A stretch of 64,000 nucleotides of DNA from an uncultured bacterium (GTDB lineage: Bacteria > Eisenbacteria > RBG-16-71-46 > JAFGJU01), in contig CAZMZP010000073.1 in the NCBI GenBank assembly GCA_964570935.1, forward strand, positions 28,820-92,819, in the 5' to 3' direction. Numbering within the stretch: the first letter of the stretch is position 1; each line of letters opens with the position of its first letter. A model generated the notes under the pieces. That model was not told where the DNA came from and did not search any database. It was given only the letters and a program-made list of their open reading frames with translations. The translations under genes were made by a program, and so were the position numbers. Below, one piece after another: positions 50,476-58,151 of the stretch.

Positions 50476-51096
50476 ATGAAGAAAGAAATCCCACTCCTGA
50501 TAACGGCGATCTTCGGGTCGTTCATGGTCATAGACTACTTCGTGCCGCACCCTTCCGTGTCTGCCGTGGGAGAGAACCTCCAGCAGTGGGCGATAATCGT
50601 CATCTCGTTCTCGTACGTTCTGGGAGTTGCCAACATCGCCCGCATCAACGGCCAGAAGATATCCAAGCGCTCGAAGGACTGGCCGTACGCGATTCCGCTC
50701 CTGGCGGGACTGGCCTTCATGCTGGGCGTGGGCATCTTCGGCGGGATTAGAGAGGGGACCCTGTTCAACGACTTCTACCTCTACGCCTACACGCCGATGT
50801 CCGGGACGATGTTCGCCTTGCTGGCATTTTTTATTGCCTCCGCGGCCTTCAGGTCCTTCCGCGTCAGAACGGTTGAGGCGGGGCTTCTGGCCGCGGCTGC
50901 GATAATCGTGATGTTGGGTAGGGTTCCGGTGGGCGCCGAGATATGGGACAAGCTGCCCGCGGTCTCGGACTGGATTAACAACGTGCCGCAGATGGCCGCC
51001 AAGCGCGCCATACTCATAGGCGCGGCCCTGGGCGCCATTTCGACAGGGCTGAAGATCATCCTGGGCCTGGAGAGGAACTATCTGGGCGGGGAATAG
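50476..51096 (+). CDS. Hypothetical polytopic membrane protein
   Basis: About 5-6 TM; TMFALLAFFIASAAFRSFR and P..AAKRAI.IGAALG.I...LKIILG.E. Confidence 0.75.
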   Translation: MKKEIPLLITAIFGSFMVIDYFVPHPSVSAVGENLQQWAIIVISFSYVLGVANIARINGQKISKRSKDWPYAIPLLAGLAFMLGVGIFGGIREGTLFNDFYLYAYTPMSGTMFALLAFFIASAAFRSFRVRTVEAGLLAAAAIIVMLGRVPVGAEIWDKLPAVSDWINNVPQMAAKRAILIGAALGAISTGLKIILGLERNYLGGE

Positions 51097-51097
51097 A

Positions 51098-51907
51098 ATG
51101 GAGAAGGTCGACAGACGTTACATATTCCTGGCCATACTGCTGGTGGTGCTGGTGCCGCTTCTTGCGCCCTTGGGCCTGCCCATCAGGATCAGCAGGGAAG
51201 TGCAGTCCGCGTACGACGCCGTGGCCAGGGTGCCGGACGGTTCCAAGGTGTACTTCGCCGCGGACTACGACCCATCCACGATGCCCGAGCTTCATCCGAT
51301 GGCGATGGCCACGCTGGACCATCTGTTTTCGAAGAACTGCAAGGTCATAGGCGCTTGCCTCTGGCCCGGGTGCCCCCCCCTCCTTGAGGATGCCCTGCGC
51401 CGCATCGGAGAGGAGAGGTACGGAAAGAAATACGGCGTGGATTTCGTCAACCTGGGGTATAAGCCCGGGAATGAAGTCGCCATGGTGAGCGTTGGAAGAA
51501 GCATACCTGCCACTTTCCCGGCTGATTTCTACGGCACGCCGGTAGAGAGCCTGGAAGTGATGCAGGGCGTGCGGAGCCTGACGGACCTCGCCATACTCGT
51601 CAACATCTCGGCCGGGTATCCGGGTACGAAGGAATGGGTCCAGCAGGTGCAGTCAAGATACCACGTGGTCCTCGTCGCCGGATGCACGGCGGTCAGCGCT
51701 CCGGAGTACTATCCGTATTTCCAGTCAGGCCAGCTTTCGGGGCTGATGGGAGGACTGGCCGGAGCGGCCGAATACGAGAAACTGGTCGGAAGGCCGGGCA
51801 CGGCGACGAGAGGAATGGACGCGCAGTCGCTCGGCCACATAGCCATAGTAATATTCATAGTGCTTGGGAACATTCTGTATTTCGCGTCAAAGAAGAAGGC
51901 GGCCTAG
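51098..51907 (+). CDS. Hypothetical membrane-anchored alpha/beta protein
   Basis: N- and C-terminal TM; DYDP...PEL.P, YG.DFVNLGY.PG, AGCTAV.AP..YPY..SGQL.G..GGL.GAAEYE, MDAQS..H. Confidence 0.75.
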   Translation: MEKVDRRYIFLAILLVVLVPLLAPLGLPIRISREVQSAYDAVARVPDGSKVYFAADYDPSTMPELHPMAMATLDHLFSKNCKVIGACLWPGCPPLLEDALRRIGEERYGKKYGVDFVNLGYKPGNEVAMVSVGRSIPATFPADFYGTPVESLEVMQGVRSLTDLAILVNISAGYPGTKEWVQQVQSRYHVVLVAGCTAVSAPEYYPYFQSGQLSGLMGGLAGAAEYEKLVGRPGTATRGMDAQSLGHIAIVIFIVLGNILYFASKKKAA

Positions 51908-51919
51908 GGAGGTAGTCGG

Positions 51920-52555
51920 TTGCTTCCAGCACCTTTCGTGAATACGATGGCGGCTCTGCTTACGCTGGCCGTGTTCAGCTTCTTGTACAAGGACAACCCC
52001 TTCTACAAGTTCGCCGAGTACTTGTTCGTCGGCATCGCGGCCGGCTACATCGTGGCGCTCGAGTACCATAACGTGATAATCCCGAACCTCTGGAGACCGC
52101 TTGTGGGGGGGGATCTGAAGCTCCTGGTGCCCTTCGTGCTGGGCGTACTCCTGTTTTCCAGGTTCACTTCGAGCCTCGGATGGCTGAGCAGGTGGGCCAT
52201 AGGACTCATGGTGGGCACTTTCTCGGGGCTTGCCATAATCGGATTCGCGCAGGGAGACCTCGTGGCGCAGATCCAGGCGAACATGCTTCCGCTGAAGACG
52301 GATACCCTGCTGGGCACTTTCAGCAATTGGGTCATCTTCGTGGGGCTTCTGACCAGTCTGGTCTACTTCTTTTTCTCGAAGGAGCACAAGGGAGCGCTGG
52401 GCGCCTCGGCGAAGCTGGGGATATGGTTCCTCATGGTATCCTTCGGCGCCTCGTACGGCTTCACCGTGATGTCGAGGTTCTCTCTCCTGATAGGCAGGCT
52501 GCTCTTCCTGCTGGTGGACTGGCCCGCTTCGTTCGGGTTTTACTGGTTGCACTAG
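51920..52555 (+). CDS. Hypothetical polytopic membrane protein
   Basis: RBS GGAGG, TTG start; about 6 TM; FSFLYKDNPFYKFAE.LFVG, YFFFS, LM.SFGA.YG.TVM.R. Confidence 0.75.
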   Translation: MLPAPFVNTMAALLTLAVFSFLYKDNPFYKFAEYLFVGIAAGYIVALEYHNVIIPNLWRPLVGGDLKLLVPFVLGVLLFSRFTSSLGWLSRWAIGLMVGTFSGLAIIGFAQGDLVAQIQANMLPLKTDTLLGTFSNWVIFVGLLTSLVYFFFSKEHKGALGASAKLGIWFLMVSFGASYGFTVMSRFSLLIGRLLFLLVDWPASFGFYWLH

Positions 52556-52579
52556 CGCCTCCTGGACCTGCATTCTCAC

Positions 52580-53467
52580 ATGAACGACAACGCCGTTTAT
52601 CTTCACAGGCTGTCAGCCGACGGTTTCCTCAACATGGCCGTGGACGAATACCTGCTGGAGCTCTGCCGCGCGGGCGGCGCCCGGGCGGCGTTGCGCTTCT
52701 ACGAGTGGGAGCCGCCTGCCGTGTCACTGGGCCGCTCGCAGTCGTTTGACCTGCTGGACCTGGCCGAGTGCAGGGAGCAGGGCATAGACGTTGTAAGGCG
52801 CATCACTGGAGGAGGCGCCATACTGCACTGGGAGGAGCTGACCTATTGCTTTGCGCTTCGCAGGGACGTGAGCGCGCCCGCTGCGTGGCCCAGACAGACT
52901 GCTAACGCGGTGTCGAGGTCTCTGGTTCTGGGGCTTTCGAAGCTTGGAGTGCGGGCGTCAGCACGCGCGCGGAGGGGTCGTGCCGCGGATGTACATGACC
53001 CCGTCGCGGCCGAGCGTCCGGCCGCTCCGTCGGACCGGAGGCTCACTGACCTGTGCTTCATGTCGGGAGTGGAGAACGAGATTGAGGCCTGCGGGAGGAA
53101 GCTCGCGGGCTGCGCCCACAAGTTCACGCGAGAGGCCTTTTTCTCTCATGGATCCATCATGACCGGGCCGAGTCACGTTCATGTCGCTCGCCTGGTCCAG
53201 CCGGACGCGCGGGCTTCTCAGGACGCCCTGGCTCAGACCATCGCGGAGAAGTCAGTGGCGCTGTCCCAGCTCCTGCCCGGGCCGCCGGCGGCCGGCCAGA
53301 TGGAGGCGGCGTTCAAGAGCGCGTTCGAAGAGGTGTTCGAGCTCTGTTTGGCGCCGGAGAGCCTGTCCCAGTCGGGAACAAGACTCGTGGAAGAGCGCGC
53401 CGCGGAGAAGCGCTCAGTCCTGGCCGCGGCTTTTAGAACCGCCAAGTCGACCGGAGGTGCGCGTTGA
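52580..53467 (+). CDS. Lipoate-protein ligase / octanoyltransferase (LplA/LipM family)
   Basis: NMAVDE.L, LRFY.W.PPAVSLG..Q, VVRR.TGGGAILH, ELTY, GRKLAG, HGSI. Confidence 0.88.
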   Translation: MNDNAVYLHRLSADGFLNMAVDEYLLELCRAGGARAALRFYEWEPPAVSLGRSQSFDLLDLAECREQGIDVVRRITGGGAILHWEELTYCFALRRDVSAPAAWPRQTANAVSRSLVLGLSKLGVRASARARRGRAADVHDPVAAERPAAPSDRRLTDLCFMSGVENEIEACGRKLAGCAHKFTREAFFSHGSIMTGPSHVHVARLVQPDARASQDALAQTIAEKSVALSQLLPGPPAAGQMEAAFKSAFEEVFELCLAPESLSQSGTRLVEERAAEKRSVLAAAFRTAKSTGGAR

Positions 53468-53916
53468 GGCTTGTGATCCTGGTTGTGTTCGCAGTGGCCA
53501 TGGCCTTCGTGGAGGCGGCCGTGGTCGTCTACTTGCGGGGGCTTTTCTATCCGGAGGGGTTCTACGCGACCCTGGCCGCGTTCCCGGTGCTTTACTACGG
53601 AACGGAGGTGTTCAGGGAAGCCGCGACGATAATAATGCTGGCCACCGTGGCGATTCTCGCCGCCCGGAGAGGCTGGTGGGAAAGGGGCGCTTACTTCCTG
53701 CTCTGTTTCGGAGTGTGGGATATTTTCTACTACGTCTGGCTTTACGTGCTGCTGGAGTGGCCGCCGTCGCTCTTGACCAGCGACGTTCTGTTCCTCATAC
53801 CGGTGCCCTGGGTGGCGCCTGTGATAGCGCCGGTCATCGCGTCAGTCGTGATGATAGCCGTGTCGTTGTGGATTTTGGCCAGAAAAACCAGGAGTCTGTT
53901 CGAGGGAGCCGAGTAG
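53464..53916 (+). CDS. Hypothetical membrane protein (about 4 TM)
   Basis: TTG start overlapping the ligase stop; EAAVVVYLR, E..REAAT, WDIFYY, DVLFLIPVPW..PV. Confidence 0.7.
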   Translation: MRLVILVVFAVAMAFVEAAVVVYLRGLFYPEGFYATLAAFPVLYYGTEVFREAATIIMLATVAILAARRGWWERGAYFLLCFGVWDIFYYVWLYVLLEWPPSLLTSDVLFLIPVPWVAPVIAPVIASVVMIAVSLWILARKTRSLFEGAE

Positions 53917-53918
53917 AG

Positions 53919-54755
53919 ATGAACGCGAACGACGAACCGAGCTCTTCCGGGTCCGGTGGCGGGCCGGGTGCCGGCGGAGCGGCCGGCGAGACCCGAGAGT
54001 ACTTCCTCCCGCCCATAGTGGCGCTGGGAATCACTCTGGCCAGTTACGTGGCGCTCCAGGTGCTCGCGGCAGTGTTCATGCTGCTTCTGGGCACGGGCTA
54101 CGCCCTTCTGCCTTCTTTCCTCATCGGTGTCGTCGTGCCGATTCTGCTGGTGACGCGGGAACACAGTCCGTCAGTCAGGAAGACCCTTCGGCTCTTGCCC
54201 ATGAGGGCCGCGCCGCTGGTGTTCACAATCGGGGCCGCGTTCAGCTTCATACTCCTCCAGTATCACGTGGCCGGACTGCTGGAGAGGGTCTTCCCCATGC
54301 CGTTCTGGATCCAGGACTTCCTGCTGGAGATGACCCGTATAAGGAGCGTGGCCGAGGGCCTGCGGGTCGTGAGCGGAGTCGTGCTGGCCGCGGCCGTGGC
54401 CGAGGAGCTTCTTTTCAGGGGATTCCTCCAGGGCGCGCTCGAGCACAGACGCGGGAGGTGGCCTGCCATCATTCTCACGTCGCTTCTGTTCGCCGTGCTG
54501 CATGACCCGTGGCGGCTCGTGCCGGTCTTCTTCATAGGCGTGCTGCTGGGTTATCTGACCTCCAGGGGTGGCAGCATCTACTACGCCATGGTGGCGCACG
54601 CGGTGACCAACGGGACCAGCGTGGCGGGCCTCAACATCTTCGGGCTCGAGACTGACGCCGAGTTCGCGTTCCCCGCTGCGTTCATACCGGTCATGGTGCT
54701 GATGTTCGTGCTGTCCATCCTGGGGTTTGCGAGGACCGTGGCCGCCCGGGAGTAG
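53919..54755 (+). CDS. CPBP (CAAX/Abi) family intramembrane glutamic endopeptidase
   Basis: AEELLFRG, FA.LH, H..TN motifs; start ATG 53919 (the longer ORF-track start runs through the upstream genes). Confidence 0.9.
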   Translation: MNANDEPSSSGSGGGPGAGGAAGETREYFLPPIVALGITLASYVALQVLAAVFMLLLGTGYALLPSFLIGVVVPILLVTREHSPSVRKTLRLLPMRAAPLVFTIGAAFSFILLQYHVAGLLERVFPMPFWIQDFLLEMTRIRSVAEGLRVVSGVVLAAAVAEELLFRGFLQGALEHRRGRWPAIILTSLLFAVLHDPWRLVPVFFIGVLLGYLTSRGGSIYYAMVAHAVTNGTSVAGLNIFGLETDAEFAFPAAFIPVMVLMFVLSILGFARTVAARE

Positions 54756-55043
54756 GGGAATCCAGGGAGTCTTCCGTGTCCCCGGAATGCGGCATTAGGG
54801 GAATCCCGCCACGCCGCTGGGGAATAGCACCCAAACGTAGTCCATCTCCGTCGACCGCCGCGCCAGTCCCAACGCCCGCGCGATCCTTCCGCCTGACCTT
54901 CCGCCGAAAAGCGACTTCCAATCTACAGCCGTCTGGCAAGTTAGTCCGCGCGACCGTTAATGTCCCGAATTCGCCAGTTTTCCCGCCTTCCGGGCCTGCT
55001 GGCATGCAGGTTGCTCATGTATGTTAGTAGAAAACAGAATAGG

Positions 55044-55152
55044 AAAAGTTCCCTGCTATGGCCGTGCTTGTCCCGGTAGAGGGCTGATCCCCCAGACGTA
55101 GAAGGTGCAGTTTCATCTTGACCGGCACACGCCATTACAGCGGGGAACTTTT
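55044..55152 (+). ncRNA. Candidate rod-shaped structured RNA (short 6S-like?)
   Basis: Nested inverted repeat: AAAAGTTCCC/GGGAACTTTT, GCT/AGC, ATGGC/GCCAT, GTGC/GCAC, CCGGT/ACCGG; intergenic; AT-rich promoter-like DNA just upstream; strand uncertain. Confidence 0.4.
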
Positions 55153-55249
55153 GTTTGAGCCGCGCGGCGCGCTGCCGACGCACGTATGCGCTGTGGTCAG
55201 ACGGGGAGAGAGCAAGTAGTGTTGGGAGTGATGGAGGCGGCCGCCGGGG

Positions 55250-55525
55250 TTATTCTTTCACAAAGAACTCAACGGCCGCGATCGTGATTACCACGATGCC
55301 GCCGGTGACGTAAACCACGGTGGCAAGTGTCAGGCCGTTGTTCGGCAGCACTGCGCAGCTTAGTTGCAGGCTGCAGAGCCCCCTGCCCAGTGTGATCACG
55401 AGCAGAGTCATGGCCAGCAGGAACCACTTCCGCATGACGGCCAGAATCATGAGTAGCGCTGTCAGAAGCAGCGCCAGGGGCGAATTCCAGTCCACGCGGC
55501 TCAGAAAGTCTGACATCCAGGACAT
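55250..55525 (-). CDS. Small hypothetical membrane protein (3 TM)
   Basis: RBS GAGGT and ATG 55525; strongly hydrophobic 91 aa. Confidence 0.6.
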   Translation of the reverse strand: MSWMSDFLSRVDWNSPLALLLTALLMILAVMRKWFLLAMTLLVITLGRGLCSLQLSCAVLPNNGLTLATVVYVTGGIVVITIAAVEFFVKE

Positions 55526-55821
55526 TGAACACCTCTCGAGAATTGGAGCATTCGGCCGGGCCCTTTGCCCGGCAACACCCGCCATTCATACTTATCGGCA
55601 TAGTCGGGCGGGTTGATTAGCCCCGGGATGTCGCGCTGCGGCCGGGTGGTAGGGTGCCTGTAACGCACGCTACACCTTGACCATACGCGCCCCCAGTGGT
55701 ATTCTGCGCTTGCTGGCGCGGGAAGCCGCCGCAGCCGGGCGCGGACCGCCGGCTGGTCGCACGCCGCGCCGCGAGCTCACAGGGAATGTCTGACTCAGGC
55801 CGCGCCAAAGGGGGTGTCGCC

Positions 55822-56496
55822 GTGGAATTGGAGCCTTACCTCGCGAAGCTGAAGAAGAGCGGTGCGACTTACGCCAGGGTCATCTCCGCCTCCAGGGTGG
55901 TGACCGCGGATTGGGTGAGACTCAAGTGCCAATTCGGATGCGGCGCGTACCGCACGAGACTGACGTGCCCGCCGTATTCACCCACGCCGTCTCTGACTCG
56001 CGGCATGCTCCGGCATTTCGACAGGGGCATATTCGCCGCGTACCGGGTGTCGGGTACCGACTCCGAAAGAAACATGCGGAGGAAGATGAGAAAGTCGCTG
56101 GTCGCTGTCGAGAGGGAGCTCTTTCTGGACGGATACTACAGCGCTTTCGCGATGGCCTTCGGCCCCTGCAATCTTTGCCCTTCGTGCGAGTTGGACGCCG
56201 AGTGCAAGTATCCGGAGCTTGCCAGGCCCTCGATGGAGGCCTGCGGAATAGACGTCTACGCCACGGCTCGGAACGCCGGGTTCCTTCTTAGAGTTGTGCG
56301 CGACTACGACGAGGGTTGTGTGATGTGCGGGCTGGTCCTGGTGGGGAAGAAGGACTCGCGCGTGGGGAAGAGCGCTCGCGGTGGGGACCCTGGAAGTGCG
56401 GCGAACCGGCGCTCGATGAGGGCGGCGGGACGGAAAACCGGGACCGGCGGGCGAACAAAGGCGAGAGGAAGAGGGAATCGCGCCGCAAAAGGGTGA
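55822..56496 (+). CDS. DUF2284-like Cys-rich putative metal-binding protein
   Basis: VRLKC.FGC..Y...LTCPP, LF..GYY.AF....GPC.LC..C, ARPSMEACGIDVYAT; probable GTG start 55822. Confidence 0.8.
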   Translation: MELEPYLAKLKKSGATYARVISASRVVTADWVRLKCQFGCGAYRTRLTCPPYSPTPSLTRGMLRHFDRGIFAAYRVSGTDSERNMRRKMRKSLVAVERELFLDGYYSAFAMAFGPCNLCPSCELDAECKYPELARPSMEACGIDVYATARNAGFLLRVVRDYDEGCVMCGLVLVGKKDSRVGKSARGGDPGSAANRRSMRAAGRKTGTGGRTKARGRGNRAAKG

Positions 56497-56522
56497 CTTC
56501 ACGCGCTGTCGGCGCCGCGCCG

Positions 56523-58118
56523 TCAATCGGGCCGGGGCGTGGCGGCGGGCAGTCTCTCTACTGTTCTTACGTGCCCGTCCCACGTGTAGCCCACAGCCGT
56601 GAAACCCTCGAACTGCCGGCCCGTCTCCTGCGCAAAGGCCACTGTGTCCACCTGAGGGAAGAACAGTCGCACGCCTGTTCCGCCGGCGACGGCGGTGCGC
56701 AGGTTGGTGTCCCAGTACGGCCCCCCCATGACCAGATATGGATGCTCCGCAACCTTCCCCTCGGCTATAGCCTTGAGCGGACTAACGAGCAGCAGCCGGG
56801 AGTGGCCGGGCAGGTGTACTTTCCGCAGGTCGCTTATCAGGTTGCCGGCCACGATGGGCCTGTCGAACACGGGATCCTGCCTTCTGACGCTGTCAACCAC
56901 CGTGGCCCTCTCCACCCTGGAGACGAGGATGTACGAGTTGAACACGAACAGCACCAGCAGGGCCGCGGACACCGGGGCGTCGAGGCGCAGCGACTTGAGG
57001 GCGCGTGAGACCAGAAGCCCGAGCGCCGGACAGAGTCCGGCCAGGGGCAAGTAGAGATAGTAGTGATAAGGATGGCCGACGAGAGGGAGCACCGGCAGCA
57101 GCGTGAGCGCGAACCACAGGATGCAGTAGACGCTTTTCCTCCTGTCCCTCCGGCCGAGGAGCATCAGTGCGAACAGCGCCGCGCCGGCCAGGAGCCAGAT
57201 CGAGGCCTTCTCGTCGAGCACGTTCATGGGGTGACGCCTGAACGGCTCGAGGAAGTTGAGAGACCACTTGAGGTAGGTCTGCAAGCTTGTGACGAGGGCG
57301 GGTCCCAGGGTGACCACGTACGGCTGCCCGGCCGCTGGAGCCTCCCTCACGCCGAAGACGTTCGCCCTGTAGAAGAGATACGCGTATGTCACGGCCACGG
57401 CCGCGAGCACGGAGAACGGGGCGACGGCCCTCTTGAGCCCGAATCCGCGCTGCCAGTAGATGAAGAAAACAAGCGCCGGAAACAGAATAGCCGTTTCCTT
57501 CGAGAGCAGAGACGCGGCGAACAGCGTGGCGGCCAGCACAAGGCCGAGCGGTCGTTCCGGCCGCGACGCCCTGAGCAAGTACAGGGCGGCCGCCAGCGCG
57601 AACACGCAGCTCAGGATCTCTCCAGCGGAAGAAATGGCGTAGACGGAAGCGTAGAGAGCCGGGTGTGTGACGAACACGCAGGCGGCGAACAGGGCGGCCG
57701 TCCTTCCGAGAGACAGCGCCCTGGCCACCAGGAACACGAGCAGCCCGCAGGCAAAATGCGCGGCCAGCGAGACCGCGTGGAAGGCGGCGGGGTTCAGGCC
57801 GAAGAGCGCCTGGCCCGCGCGGAAGTACACGAAGCTGGAGAGGATTCTCCAGAAGGTGCCGGGTCCCTCCCTGGCGATCCAGAGACTCGTGAAGTCATCC
57901 TGTGAGAAGAAGTAGCGAAAGACCCTGTGGTAGACGAGGAGAACCGCAAACGCCAGCACCACGGCGCACACCGCGTCCGGCAGGACTCGTGAGGACCCCG
58001 GAAGACGCGGCAGGGAGGACGCCGGTCTACGGCCGCCGGCCGGCGTCCTCTGCCCGCTCTGGTCTCGTTTGCTTTGACGGGTCTTGTCGCTGCGCTTGGA
58101 CATCGACTTTTCCACCAC
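56523..58118 (-). CDS. Polytopic membrane protein, GT-C (PMT/ArnT-like) glycosyltransferase-like
   Basis: FFSQDDF, FGLNP..FH.VSL..H, LLSKE.A, YLYLP..G motifs; about 10 TM. Confidence 0.65.
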   Translation of the reverse strand: MVEKSMSKRSDKTRQSKRDQSGQRTPAGGRRPASSLPRLPGSSRVLPDAVCAVVLAFAVLLVYHRVFRYFFSQDDFTSLWIAREGPGTFWRILSSFVYFRAGQALFGLNPAAFHAVSLAAHFACGLLVFLVARALSLGRTAALFAACVFVTHPALYASVYAISSAGEILSCVFALAAALYLLRASRPERPLGLVLAATLFAASLLSKETAILFPALVFFIYWQRGFGLKRAVAPFSVLAAVAVTYAYLFYRANVFGVREAPAAGQPYVVTLGPALVTSLQTYLKWSLNFLEPFRRHPMNVLDEKASIWLLAGAALFALMLLGRRDRRKSVYCILWFALTLLPVLPLVGHPYHYYLYLPLAGLCPALGLLVSRALKSLRLDAPVSAALLVLFVFNSYILVSRVERATVVDSVRRQDPVFDRPIVAGNLISDLRKVHLPGHSRLLLVSPLKAIAEGKVAEHPYLVMGGPYWDTNLRTAVAGGTGVRLFFPQVDTVAFAQETGRQFEGFTAVGYTWDGHVRTVERLPAATPRPD

Positions 58119-58151
58119 GCGGCGCAGACCCGCGGCCGCGCCGCCGGGCGG

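Noticed and set aside
49566-52555. Calling the membrane proteins Rnf/Nqr subunits
   Set aside because: No FMN-attachment (S/T)GAT motif, no conserved intramembrane Cys pairs and no ferredoxin motifs were seen; the resemblance is architectural only.
53181-53918. N-terminal half of the 524-aa ORF-track call
   Set aside because: It overlaps the lipoate ligase and the 53464 gene in other frames; the real CPBP gene starts at 53919.
54752-54835. Three GGGGAAT-like short repeats after the CPBP gene
   Set aside because: Too short and irregularly spaced to support a binding site or repeat element.
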